64,000 nucleotides of DNA from Candidatus Binatia bacterium (GCA_963666315.2 CAXXHG010000043.1:544001-608000); one strand, 5' to 3'; shown: positions 49,885 to 60,385, counted from the stretch's first letter. A program made the numbers and translations. The notes: a model not told the origin generated them from the sequence alone.

Positions 49885-51087
49885 ATGAACCTTTTCGGGA
49901 AATGTGCTCGTTTTACTCGCGCTCGAGAGGCTCAGGCTACCGGGTATTACCCATTTTTTACGCCGATAGAATCATCGCAAGGGACAGAAGTGATGGTCCA
50001 CGGCGAGCCCAAGGTCATGATGGGCTCAAACAATTACCTTGGTTTAACCCACCATCCAAAAGTGTTGGCTGCTGCAGAGGCTGCACTCAAACGCTACGGC
50101 AGTGGCTGTACCGGTAGCCGTTTCCTGAATGGGACGCTGGATCTTCACGACCAACTCGAAGAGCGTCTGGCCCATTTTCTGAACAAAGAAGCCTCGCTGG
50201 TCTTTAGCACGGGTTATCAGACCAATTTAGGCATCCTGGCGACCCTGATCGGGAAAAGCGATTATCTCTATCTTGATAAGCTTGACCACGCCAGCGCGGT
50301 AGACGGCTCTCAGCTCGCCCATGGGACAGTACTCCGTTATCCGCACAGCGATCTCGTTACACTTGAACAACAGCTTGAGAAAACGCCCCCAAAGGCGGGC
50401 AAGTTGATTGTCACAGATGGCATTTTCTCCATGGAAGGCGACATTGCGGAGCTGCCTGGTTTAGTCGCGCTGGCCGAACAATACGACGCTGAGATTATGG
50501 TCGATGACGCGCACGCCCTGGGCGTCTTAGGAGAAAATGGCGGTGGTACAGCGCAGCATTTTCACCTGGAGGACAAGGTCAGCCTGATTATGTCCTCATT
50601 CTCCAAATCGCTGGCTGCCATCGGTGGGGTTGTGGCGGGGCCGGAGCCGGTTATCCACTATCTGAAACACCATGCTCGTTCCTTGATTTTTAGTGCCAGC
50701 ATGCCGCCTGCGTCTGTGGCCACGGTTTTGACTGCCCTGCAGATTATTGAGGAAGAGCCTGAACGTCGTGCAGCACTATGGCGGAACACCCACCGCATGC
50801 AAGACGGACTCCGGAGCCTGGGCTACGACCTGGGGGGGAGTGATACCCCGGTGATTCCTATTATTGTCGGGGATATGTGGTTGATGGGCATGATCTGGAA
50901 AGAGCTGTTTGACTCAGGCATCTTTACTAATCCAGTCATTCCTCCCGCCGTGCCGGAAAATTCGTGCCGTGTCCGGATCTCGATGATGGCAACGCATACG
51001 GATGAACAGATTGATTTTGTCCTAGACGTCTTTGCCCGTATTCGGCCTCACATTCAGGTGGAACAGGTAGAGAAGGTGGCCGTTTAG
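49885..51087 (+). CDS. spt: Serine palmitoyltransferase (alpha-oxoamine synthase)
   Basis: YYPFFTPI, GSNNYLGL, CTGSRFLNGTLDLH, STGYQTNLG, DHAS, DDAH, SFSKS, FSASMPP; flanked by CerR- and bCerS-like genes. Confidence 0.87.
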   Translation: MNLFGKCARFTRAREAQATGYYPFFTPIESSQGTEVMVHGEPKVMMGSNNYLGLTHHPKVLAAAEAALKRYGSGCTGSRFLNGTLDLHDQLEERLAHFLNKEASLVFSTGYQTNLGILATLIGKSDYLYLDKLDHASAVDGSQLAHGTVLRYPHSDLVTLEQQLEKTPPKAGKLIVTDGIFSMEGDIAELPGLVALAEQYDAEIMVDDAHALGVLGENGGGTAQHFHLEDKVSLIMSSFSKSLAAIGGVVAGPEPVIHYLKHHARSLIFSASMPPASVATVLTALQIIEEEPERRAALWRNTHRMQDGLRSLGYDLGGSDTPVIPIIVGDMWLMGMIWKELFDSGIFTNPVIPPAVPENSCRVRISMMATHTDEQIDFVLDVFARIRPHIQVEQVEKVAV

Positions 51088-51127
51088 TTCTTGGCTGGCC
51101 TGTCTCTGCTAGCGGGCAAGGTCGAGC

Positions 51128-52252
51128 ATGCGGGATGCCGTACGCATAGATCGTGTGGCAGGCCGGCAGGACCTTCAGCGTTTCATTCGACTCCCCTGGC
51201 GCTTATACCGCCAGGATCCGGCCTGGGTCCCTCCGCTCCTCTTTGATCTCAAAAATCTCCTCTCGCCTAAAAAACATCCGTTTCATCAACATGCCGATGT
51301 CCAATACTTCCTGGCCCGCCTGGACGGGGAAGTTGTGGGGCGTATTGCGGCTATTGTCAACCATCAGCACGTGCAATTCCATGCTGAGCCAGTCGGGTTT
51401 TTTGGGTTTTTTGAGAGCATTGACAATCAAGACGTTGCCACTGCGCTGTTGACGGCTGCTGAATGCTGGGTGGCCGAGCGCGGAATGCAACGCATACGCG
51501 GCCCTATGAATTTCTCGACCAACGAGGAATGTGGGCTGCTGGTTGATGGTTTTCACGATGCGCCCAAAATTATGATGCCGCATCATCTGCCGTACTATGG
51601 TGTACAGATAGAAACGGCGGGTTATGGAAAGGCGAAAGATTTGTTCGCATACATACTCGATGTGCGCGGCACCCCCCCCCCGGAACGGCTCGTCCGTGGT
51701 ATTAAGCGGCTGCAGCAGCGCCAGAATATTCGACTTCGACCCATCAGCAAAAAGCGGTTTGATGAAGAGATAAGAATCCTACATGGGATTTATCACCGTA
51801 CGTGGGAGAAAAACTGGGGTTTTGTGCCGATGACCGAAGCTGAGGTGGATCTGTTTGCGAGCCAACTTCGCCTCGTTGTTGATCCGAAACTGTGTCTTAT
51901 TGCGGAACACCAAAACGAGCCAGTAGGCTTTGCGCTCGCGATTCCCGATTATAACCAGGCCTTGCGTCATATCGATGGACGCTTGTTTCCGTTTGGTTTG
52001 CTGAAACTCCTATGGTACCGGCGCACCATCAATATGGCCCGTATTCCGCTGCTTGGCGTCAATCCGGGCTTTCGTCGTCGGGGCATTGAGGCGATGCTTT
52101 ATGTCAAGCTGTGGGAGGTCGTGCCACAAAACGGCTACCCGGTGGTCGAGTGTTCCTGGATTCTGGAAGACAACTGGGACATGCGACGCGGACTCGAACA
52201 GATGGGCGCGCACGTCTATAAGACGTACCGGGTATATGAAAAGGCGGTGTGA
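51128..52252 (+). CDS. bcerS: GNAT N-acyltransferase, bacterial ceramide synthase-like
   Basis: FIRLPWRLY..DPAWVPPL, GRIAA, GFFGFFE, RGPMNFSTNEECGLLV, NWGFVPM, ECSWILEDN, KTYRVY. Confidence 0.83.
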   Translation: MRDAVRIDRVAGRQDLQRFIRLPWRLYRQDPAWVPPLLFDLKNLLSPKKHPFHQHADVQYFLARLDGEVVGRIAAIVNHQHVQFHAEPVGFFGFFESIDNQDVATALLTAAECWVAERGMQRIRGPMNFSTNEECGLLVDGFHDAPKIMMPHHLPYYGVQIETAGYGKAKDLFAYILDVRGTPPPERLVRGIKRLQQRQNIRLRPISKKRFDEEIRILHGIYHRTWEKNWGFVPMTEAEVDLFASQLRLVVDPKLCLIAEHQNEPVGFALAIPDYNQALRHIDGRLFPFGLLKLLWYRRTINMARIPLLGVNPGFRRRGIEAMLYVKLWEVVPQNGYPVVECSWILEDNWDMRRGLEQMGAHVYKTYRVYEKAV

Positions 52253-52277
52253 GGGGCGTCTCGAAAGACGAGGGGCG

Positions 52278-52325
52278 AGGTGACCTCTCCCGGGCACCGC
52301 ATGCTGGCCGACTGGTCTCCCCTAC
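52278..52325 (-). repeat. Degenerate GTAG-type REP element
   Basis: gtaggggagaccagtcggcc... on the minus strand between convergent genes; related to 54414 copy. Confidence 0.5.
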
Positions 52326-52335
52326 CTGTGAAGGT

Positions 52336-52917
52336 TTAGCCCTTATTCGCGTTCGCATCCACCATTTTCTGCATTTGCGGATCAAGCTCCACGCCTAAGC
52401 CGTCGGCCAGGCGATCCATAAAATTGAATGTGCAGGTGATGAGAACGATATCGACCACGTTCTCTTCGCTAAAGCCGTACTGTTGTAAGAACTCTGTATC
52501 TTCGCGCTTTACGCTGGATGGCTGCTTGGTCAGTTTCAGCGCAAAGTCGATCATGGCACGATCCTGGGCTTCGAGTGGCGCGTTTTCCGGATCGGTCTTG
52601 AGATGCTTCACCAGTGTGTGGTCGCCGGTTTCCATACGCAGAAACTCTGCGTGCGAAGACGTTCAATAGTGGCAGTGGTTCAGCGCAGACACGGCTGTGG
52701 CAATCATCTCCTCCCGTTTGCGACCGAGTGTTGAAGCCCCAAACGTGATCCCCATATTCATGCGCCACACGCTCAGTAATGCCTCTGGTCGCAGTCCCAT
52801 GGAATTAATCACATTTGGAACTCGGCCCGCGCCGAGAGGATGGTCCATGACCTCCTTATAGACCTCGGCGAGGCGGCTGGTTGTCTCGTTTTCTGCAAAT
52901 GTTTTTACCCAAGCCAT
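52336..52917 (-). CDS. AhpD/carboxymuconolactone decarboxylase family peroxidase, selenoprotein (CxxU)
   Basis: REEMIATAVSALNHCHY-TGA(52663-52665)-TSSHAEFL in one frame; hairpin acgcaga-gtt-tctgcgt 10 nt after the UGA; AAGGAGG RBS. Confidence 0.87.
52636..52652 (-). promoter_or_regulatory. Candidate bacterial SECIS element
   Basis: Perfect 7-bp stem with G-starting loop 17 nt downstream of the in-frame UGA. Confidence 0.7.
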
Positions 52918-53089
52918 ACTGCCCTCCTTTTTCTTTTCGTTCTCTTTTGGGAATCTATTCCTATTCTCTTCAGGAAAACCATCTCAGCACACAAGAAAGT
53001 TCCTGGGAACTTCTTATTCATAAAACAAATTGAACAAATTGAACATGAGAGAAAGATAATCTAGCGAGTTCACCCGGAGGAGATATGTT

Positions 53090-54034
53090 ATGCGTAAGCG
53101 GAAATGGCAACGCTGCAGTTGGCTCGTTCTTGTGGTGCTGTGTTTGAGCGGATTCGATTTCGCGCAGCATAGTATTCCGACCGAGAAAATTCTCAGCGGC
53201 GGACCACCCAAAGACGGCATTCCGGCCATTCTTGAGCCCCACTTCCTGACAGCTGAAAAGGCGACATTCTTGGGTGAGGATGATCGGGTCCTGGGTGTTG
53301 TCAAAGACGGGGTGGCGAAAGCGTATCCCTTACGTATCTTGGTCTGGCACTAGGTTGTTAACCGTCGGCTAGGAGACACTCCGGTCGTGGCCACTTATTG
53401 ACCGCTGACTGACAGCGCCGTCGTGTACGGACGCACAATAAAAAATAAAGATAAAGACACCGAACTCACGTTTGGCGTGTCCGGCTGCCTGTATGAGAGC
53501 AATGTCTTGCTGTACGACCACCAAACCGAGAGCCTGTGGTCTCAGCTCAAAGAAGAAGCGGTGACCGGACCGATGACGGGAACCCGGCTGCCTGCCGTTC
53601 CTTCAGTCTTAACCACGTGGAAGCAGTGGCAGGCGCAGCATCCTGGGACTTTGGTGCTTTCAACGCAAACCGGCCATGACCGCAATTATGACTACTCCCC
53701 ATCTGAGGCCTATGCACGACACCCTTCCCCTCTATTCCCAATTGAAAATCAGGATGATCGTCTCGCACTGAAAGAGCGTATCATCGGCGTCTCCCTCAAC
53801 GGCAAGCACAAGGCCTATTCTCTTACAGCACTCAAGAAGCGTGGGACGCCGCTTGACGATCACATAGGAGAGAGAGCCATTCAGGTCAGCTATGACGCGG
53901 AGGCAAAAAGTGCTCGGATTGTTGATGGAAAATCCGGAGAAATTCTGCCGTCTGTTATCGCCTATTGGTTTGCGTGGGCTTCTTTCCATCCTCAGGCCTC
54001 CGTCTATGGGCAGGAAAGCCAAACGGGTCAATAG
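53090..54034 (+). pseudogene. DUF3179 (seleno)protein with Sec UGA and an additional in-frame TAG
   Basis: GGPPKDGIPAI...KAYPLRILVWH-TAG(53351)-VVN...ATY-TGA(53399)-PLT...FGVSG.LYESN..LYDHQTESLWSQ...YWFAWASFHP, all in one frame. Confidence 0.8.
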
Positions 54035-54104
54035 CTGAGTTGCAGCGCCCACCGTTCACCCATAGACTGCACGGAACAGGGCTAAACAGGAGGGGGAAAA
54101 TCTC

Positions 54105-54359
54105 GTGGAAACAGACAAACAGCCAAGTAGAGGAAGCCGCTTCCTCTACCATTGGTTTCGACGCGAGACTGTCATGCGAGCCCTCAAGGTCGCGGGAATT
54201 GTGGGGCCGATACTCACGCTCATTAATCAATACGATTTACTTCTGGGTCTCGACTTTTCGCCCAAATTATTTTTCAAGATCACACTTACTTTCCTTGTTC
54301 CCTATAGCGTGGCTTCCTACTCTGCTGCCAAGACGTATATGGAGCAGGAGATATCTTGA
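54105..54359 (+). CDS. NrtS-family small membrane protein
   Basis: ALKVAGIVGPILTLINQ...LTFLVPYSVASYS; GGAGG RBS. Confidence 0.78.
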   Translation: METDKQPSRGSRFLYHWFRRETVMRALKVAGIVGPILTLINQYDLLLGLDFSPKLFFKITLTFLVPYSVASYSAAKTYMEQEIS

Positions 54360-54413
54360 TCAGAGAGCTGTCTGCACTTTGGTGCGTCCCTGCGGCTTAG
54401 GAACGAGACTCTT

Positions 54414-54460
54414 GTAGGGGCGACCGGCCGGTCGCCCGGGCAATGCATGAGTGCCCCTAC
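54414..54460. repeat. GTAG-type REP element
   Basis: gtaggggcgaccggccggtcgccc...gcccctac palindrome. Confidence 0.75.
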
Positions 54461-54527
54461 CTTTGGCTTCATTGCGAAAGCAAAACAGACAGAGTACACA
54501 AAGGGCCTGCAACCAAGGAGGTCTCTC

Positions 54528-55403
54528 ATGGACGTACGCATCCGGTCCGCTGTTCCCGACGATAGCGAGACCTGCGGGCGCATTCTGTAGGAAGCGTTTA
54601 AAGGTATTGCGGAATACCACCGCTTCCCTCTGGAATATAGCTCTGTCAGGGCTTCGACTGCACTGGCCCGCTTCTTTATCCGCCATACAGCGGTTTTTTG
54701 TGTTGTGGTCGAAAAAGACGGGCGCGTCATAGGTGTCAATTTTCTTGATGAGCGTGACGCTATTCGCGGGCTGGGTCCTATTGCGGTTGATCCATCAGTG
54801 CAGGAACGTGGCATAGGCCGGCGCTTGATGCAGGCCGTGATGGAACGTGGCAAGGATGCCGCAGGTATTCGGCTCACCCAGGACGCCTATAATACGCTGG
54901 CTACGTCGCTGTATGCCTCGCTGGGCTTTGACATCAAAGAGCCGCTGGGGATGCTGAAAGGCAAACCAAAAAGCAAACCTCGGACTGATGTTGAAATCCG
55001 TGCGCTCAAGAGCGAAGACCTGGAGGCCTGTGCAAGACTGTGTCAGCAAGTCTACGGCTTTCACCGTACGGGTGAAATGCAAGATGCAGTCAAATATTCG
55101 GCTTGCTTCGGCGTTACACGTGACGGTCGGATTGTCGCGTATACGTATTCCTACACTGCCAAAAGCGAGGAATGGATACTGGCACACGGGGTCGCAGAGA
55201 CAGATGCCGACATGCAAGCGCTGCTCCTTGGCGTAGCTAAAGTCAGCGGGAGACCCCTCTCCTTCTTACTTCCTACGCGCCGGGCGGCCTTATTCCGCTG
55301 GTGTCTCAGGGAGGGCTTGCGCGTGGCAAAGCCGGGCTCGCTCATGACCATGGGGGCCTATCAAGAACCATGCGGCTGTTATTTCCCGTCTGGACTGTAT
55401 TAA
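54528..55403 (+). pseudogene. GNAT N-acetyltransferase with early in-frame TAG
   Basis: AAGGAGG RBS; MDVRIRSAVPDDSETCGRIL-TAG(54588)-EAFKGIA...LDERDAIRGLGPIAVDP..Q..GIGRRLM. Confidence 0.8.
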
Positions 55404-55469
55404 TGCGCTGCGTCTTTACTGCTACAATCCCGAGCCGAACTGAACTCGATTCACTTTCTGTGAGAGAGG

Positions 55470-56345
55470 ATGAATATGGACTACGGAATTGTTTTGCCTC
55501 ACTTCAGCTCTTTTGCGCATGAAGATCCAGCTAACCGCATCCTGACTGCCGCCACAACAGCAGAGGAGCTCGGCTACAGTACGGTCTGGGTAGCGGACCA
55601 TGTCGTCTTTCCGTCTCAAATCCCAGGCGGCTATGCGTTTAATCCCGAAGATCCATTCCTTGATCCACTCACCGTCCTCGCGGCACTGGCGTATAAGACG
55701 TCCAGGATCAAATTGGGTACGGCTGTGCTGATTCTGCCTTATCGGCATCCGTTGGCTGTAGCAAAGGTGTTGGCCACGATTGATGTCTTATCCGGAGGCC
55801 GTACGGTTGTCGGTGTAGGCGCCGGTTGGTTGGAGCAGGAATTCAGTGCGTTGGGTACGTCGATCAAAGAGCGTGGTGCCCGAACCGACGAGACCATGGA
55901 CATCTTCAAGGCGGTCTGGACTCAGGAGACGCCCCAATTTTCCGGCAAGCATTTTCAGTTTGCCGACATCAAATTTATTCCCAAGCCTGTCCAAAAGCCG
56001 CATCCGCCTATTCTTGTCGGCGGTATGAGTAAAGGTGCCTTGCGGCGTGTGGCGCGTCGGGGTGATGGCTGGATTGCCATGGGCAAGGGGCCGGACGATG
56101 TGAAACAGCCTCTAGAAATTCTTCGTGAGCTGACGACGAAAGAGGGCAGAAATCCTGACGACCTGCGTATTTGCATGCTGCCGCTCGGTGCGCCGAGTGT
56201 TGATCAGCTCCTTCAGGATATCCCGCGCTATGCAGACTTGGGCATTCATCATGTCTATCTGTCTTTCCGGGCCTGGACGGAGGAGTTCTCCACGCTGATG
56301 GAGCTGATGGAGCATTTTGCGCGCGAAGTAAAACTGCCGAATTGA
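55470..56345 (+). CDS. LLM class F420-dependent oxidoreductase (Rv2161c-like)
   Basis: AEELGYSTVWVADHVV, DPLTVLA, LGTAVLILPYRHP, GVGAGWLEQEF, PKPVQKPHPPI, GDGW. Confidence 0.9.
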   Translation: MNMDYGIVLPHFSSFAHEDPANRILTAATTAEELGYSTVWVADHVVFPSQIPGGYAFNPEDPFLDPLTVLAALAYKTSRIKLGTAVLILPYRHPLAVAKVLATIDVLSGGRTVVGVGAGWLEQEFSALGTSIKERGARTDETMDIFKAVWTQETPQFSGKHFQFADIKFIPKPVQKPHPPILVGGMSKGALRRVARRGDGWIAMGKGPDDVKQPLEILRELTTKEGRNPDDLRICMLPLGAPSVDQLLQDIPRYADLGIHHVYLSFRAWTEEFSTLMELMEHFAREVKLPN

Positions 56346-56436
56346 AATGAAACTGCCGAATTAAATACAAAACCAAGCATCTGGCTTACACCTCTCGTGC
56401 GTGCCGCTTGCTTGTTGAGGCCGCCTTCGTAGGGAG

Positions 56437-58010
56437 TCAGGCGGCTTCTTCATGCGGGGCAGCTGGTTGCGTAGAGGCTGGTCGGGGTCTGTCTGTAGCG
56501 CGGCGGTGGTGAGGGAGTTCGACACAGAAAACGGCGCCGCCCTCCGGTCGGTTCTCGGCCCAAATCCGGCCCTGGTGGGCGGCTATAATCTCGAGGCAGA
56601 TCGATAAACCTAAGCCCGTCCCGCCCGCGCCGGTCTTGGTCTTATTCGATTGAATGAATTTGTCGAAAATCGCGTCTTCTTCCCCCGCCGAAATCCCCAC
56701 GCCCTGATCGCTGACCGTCACGAGCACGCTCTGCTCCCGCTGCTCTACCCTCAGTTCAATGAGGCCGTGGGAGGGCGAGATTTTGACGGCGTTGCCTAAC
56801 AGATTGCGTAGGACCTGGAGCATTTTGGAGGTATCGAGACTGACCTCCGCCCGCTCGGGGAGGGTGTGGCAGACCACCTCGAGCTGGCGTTCGGAGAGCA
56901 GGGCGTGAAACTCGTCGGCGATCGTGGACAGCAAGGGGTTGAGATCGGCCGGCTGGAAGTCAAAGGCCATCTTGCCGGACTCCAGTTTGGCTAGATCGAG
57001 CAGGTCATTGAGCAAGGCGAGGAGGACGCGGCCACTGGTGTTGATGTGCTCAAAATAGCCCCGGAGTTTGGCCGGCGGGGCGGTGGTGGCTTTTTGGAGG
57101 CCGAAGTCGGCGAAGCTCAGGATGCCGTGCAGGGGGGCGCGCAGCTCGTGGGACATATTGCCTGAGAAGGCACTCTTGGCCAGGTTGGCCTTTTGCAGAT
57201 CGACGACTGCATCTACAAGGTTTTGGTTCGTTTGCGAGAGTTCAGCCGTTCGCGTAGCGGCCTGGACTTCAAGTTGTTGGCTGTGCTGCTCGAATCGTTC
57301 ATCGCGTACCTGAATCTGCGCCAACATCCCGTTAAACCCATCAATCAGAGTTCCTAACTCGTCATTCCTCGTCTTTTCAACTCGGATCGAGTAGTTTTCT
57401 CATGTGAGATATTTTCCATTGTGTACGCTAACTGCAGGATAGGTTGTGAAATCACACGCTGCAGCAGTGATGACAATAGATAGGCCACGATCGACAAGCT
57501 CAGCAAGATAGCGATGACAATTCAGGCAGCCCGCTGCAGGTAGGTCTGCAGTTCTCGTAAATCAGACCGGATGGACACCGTGCCGATCACATTACCGTGG
57601 AGCATGATCGGCCGAGATAGCTCTAGATAATCGTTGTGGAAGGTGTGAGCGTTCATGGCCGACTGGACCGAATATGCAGGTGTGACGTTTTCGGGTGCGC
57701 CGTGACGCTGGTAGCGAGCAAAGGGCTTACCGTCTTGAGTGTGAATCGTGGCCGAGAGGACGTGCGGGACGGCTCCGAGGGCGGCTAAGGTCTTTTCCGC
57801 AAACTTCTCATCTTCGAATGTCAGGGCTGCCGTACTGTTTATTCCGATGACGTCTGCGAGCGTGGTAGTCTCTCTGACGAGGGCATGCCGGAATGTGATG
57901 ATATCGTTTGCCACAAATGCTGCTGTTGCGAAGAGCAGCATGACGATGCTCGTGAGCAGAAGCAGCGCTTTGAGCTTATGTTCAATGGAAATGTCACCAA
58001 AGCGTCGCAT
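56437..58010 (-). pseudogene. CHASE8-HAMP sensor histidine kinase (YfiN-type sensor), disrupted
   Basis: CHASE8-like 57522..58010, TGA before TM2, frameshift in HAMP near 57400; NMSHELRAPL and GGTGLGLSI in 56437..57327. Confidence 0.82.
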
Positions 58011-58018
58011 CGCGCGCC

Positions 58019-58600
58019 TTACTCGCGATTGTGGTTGATGACAGTGGCGACACTCAAAAGCTGCGAACTGATGTCCAGCCCGGCCCGCTCCGCTGAGGCT
58101 CTATTGATTTCAAAGCGAATTTTGTTCTTGACAATAACGAAGTTGATAATGCAGCCAGACAGGCGCAATTCTTCCAACTCATTGCCTACGGTGAGCACGG
58201 GCGCGTCTTTGAGTGTCTCTAACACCTGGGCGATGTGCTTTTGCTGTTGTGAACTAATGAAGAGGATATGGCAGGCGATGATGTCTTCGGTCTTGGTGAA
58301 GTGTTTGATTTCCAGTGTCCTGCCATTAACCGACTGTCCCTTGAGCGCATTAAGATGATGGCCAAACGGGTCCTCGCCCAAGATGCCCACGATGAGCGGG
58401 GCATCACTACCCCTAAAAGTGGCTTCCGGCCACTCGCTAAAATTGGCAAAATTATACAAGAAGGCGGCCTTCATCGCATACTCCCGGTCTGAGAGGGAGC
58501 CTGCATATACGTGCGCGCAGCACTGAGCATGACGCCCCCGAGCAGTACGCGGATGAAGCTGGAAAAGGCAGTCCACAGCCGATCAGTTCGGTATCGTCTA
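58019..58600 (-). CDS. yfiR: YfiR family periplasmic protein (signal peptide apparently frameshifted)
   Basis: EYAMKAAFLYNFANFSEWP, GEDPFG, CHILFI, IRFEIN, ISSQLL; the signal-like FIRVLLGGVMLSAA lies in another frame near 58510-58560. Confidence 0.82.
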
Positions 58601-58655
58601 AATCGCTCAGATCGGCTTGCCTGTGCCGCAGCGTGGATATGACGGGCCGCACGTC

Positions 58656-59724
58656 CTAGAAAGCCCACGTCAAGCTTCCTCCCACCGCCACGTGCCAGTC
58701 TGCTTCGAGCTGGGGACCATCCAAGGATTCATACAACGGGAACCCATATTCAACACCCAGCCGAACCCCTTTGAAAAAGCCACGCGGGACGTAGAGATCG
58801 AGCCCGAGCGAAAGATCGATGCGCTCTCCGCCACGTCTATCTGGGTGAGCCGTTGGCACGATAGCTGGGTTCAGGTCCGGGTCGGCTCCGTCATTATTGT
58901 CCCAAATATGTCCGTCAATGCGTACGGAAGAAGAAAGCCAGCACGTCCATTTCCGGCTGATCCAGACCCCCAACCGATAACGATTCCCCAGGGTATAGTC
59001 GTTGCTGTTTTCTCCGACCCTGATTGTTGATATCAGTTCACTCCCCCAGGCCCAATTCTGTGCCTCGCCCAGATACACGAGACCCGGCAGCAGATCGAAC
59101 GTGCCCGACCCCAACTGCATCGGATACGGCAACTTCTGATCTGGACCGGCAGGGGTGCCGTCCTTCTCGTCTATCCCTCCGGTTGGGAAACTCAAACCCG
59201 CACTGAAGAGCAACCGGTACCGATCTTTCCTGACATCGCCCAGCAGAGTGTAGAGCGCCCGCACGGAAATATCGCCTAGTCCCTCCGCCTCAGTAGTGAA
59301 CCGTGTGCCCATCCGGGTGATATGGTCCATCGACACACGGAGGTAGGGAAACATGGCCATCAAGGTCAGGTTGTCTGTTGGAGCGTACATGACCTCTGCC
59401 ATGTGCATCTCCATCGTCATATCAGTTGGGGAGACCCGAAAGTCCTGCAGAACGCGGTTGACGCCGATGTCCTTTGTCCCGTCACGATACCCCTCCATAT
59501 GCATGGACATATAGCGGTAGCCGAGCATCCATCTCCCCTGCCAGATGCGTATGGGTTCCCAGAACGTCTACGGCCTGGACGTCGGCGTCCATCAGTTCCT
59601 GAAGGCTCAGCTGCATAAAATCGGCCGTGGACTCTTGGGCGTAGGCCAGGGAGGGAGGCCAGCTAGTGGCTATCCAGGCTACGCACAGTAGCGTACGTAG
59701 GGTGAAAAGCTGCTTCTTTGTCAT
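58656..59724 (-). pseudogene. Outer-membrane beta-barrel transporter (MetA-pathway/CoxB-like), +1 frameshift
   Basis: Signal peptide ...AYA-QESTADFMQLSLQELMD...HTHLAGE(+1)WMLGYRYMSMHM...GLGDI...YPMQLGSGT...TWAF terminal Phe. Confidence 0.75.
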
Positions 59725-59953
59725 CTGGCTCTGAGGTCGCGCCGTGGGACTATGGACGGGACTAACAACAAGGTGCGCTCTCCCCTCCTTGCTCCTGTAT
59801 CGGTAAGTACGCAAAGGCATTAAGGAAATTCTTGAGTTGAACAGCAGCAGAAAGATACGGAGGATAAAACACGAGTCTGTCTCCAGAATCCGAAACCTCC
59901 CTTTGATTCAGCACCCATGAATGATACCCCTAGCCATGACTCAAGGAGGTCGC

Positions 59954-60169
59954 ATGAGCGACAAAACCTGGCCAATTGAACATCCTGACCGTATTCAGCT
60001 CTATTCCCTGGCTACCCCGTGGGTCGGCTGTCTGGATTGGGGCTATGGGGCGCGCGAGGATCTCAAGCTCGACGCAGGTTTTCCCAAATTTGTTGTCTGG
60101 TATACACGCTGCACAGAGAAGCCGGCTTCAGTCCGAAGTGCCAAGGTGTGCGCTTTCTCAGACGACTAG
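59954..60169 (+). pseudogene. Glutathione S-transferase (YfcG/YghU-like) with large internal deletion
   Basis: AAGGAGG RBS; WPIEHPDRIQLYSLATP joined directly to C-terminal WVGCL...FP..V.WY.RC..KPA. Confidence 0.75.
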
Positions 60170-60385
60170 GGTTATGGAAACGGAAAGCGGGCCTGACCTT
60201 GTTGTTGATATCTTTGTTGCCGGGCGGCTGGTGAACCCGAGTGAGATACCATCCGCTGTTATTATCAAGATTGAAACGTCTGCCTTAAACTCCGAGTCTG
60301 GAACGCTGACGTACGAAAGCGTTGTGTATGCATGGTCTACACGGCCGTGTGTCTATCCGTAGATCATATGCGGTGAGGGCGAGTC

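Noticed and set aside
20045-51087. Capnine sulfonolipid pathway (cysteate synthase plus Spt-like plus reductase)
   Set aside because: The PLP enzymes are ~27 kb away under a SAM riboswitch, and a lipid kinase plus CDP-transferases beside spt imply a C1 hydroxyl, i.e. serine-derived ceramide.
49885-51087. BioF or Kbl
   Set aside because: GSRFLNGT and SFSKS motifs with CerR/bCerS neighbours fit Spt; no bio or tdh genes nearby.
60174-60362. Short ORF after the GST remnant
   Set aside because: No recognisable family or RBS; cannot be supported.
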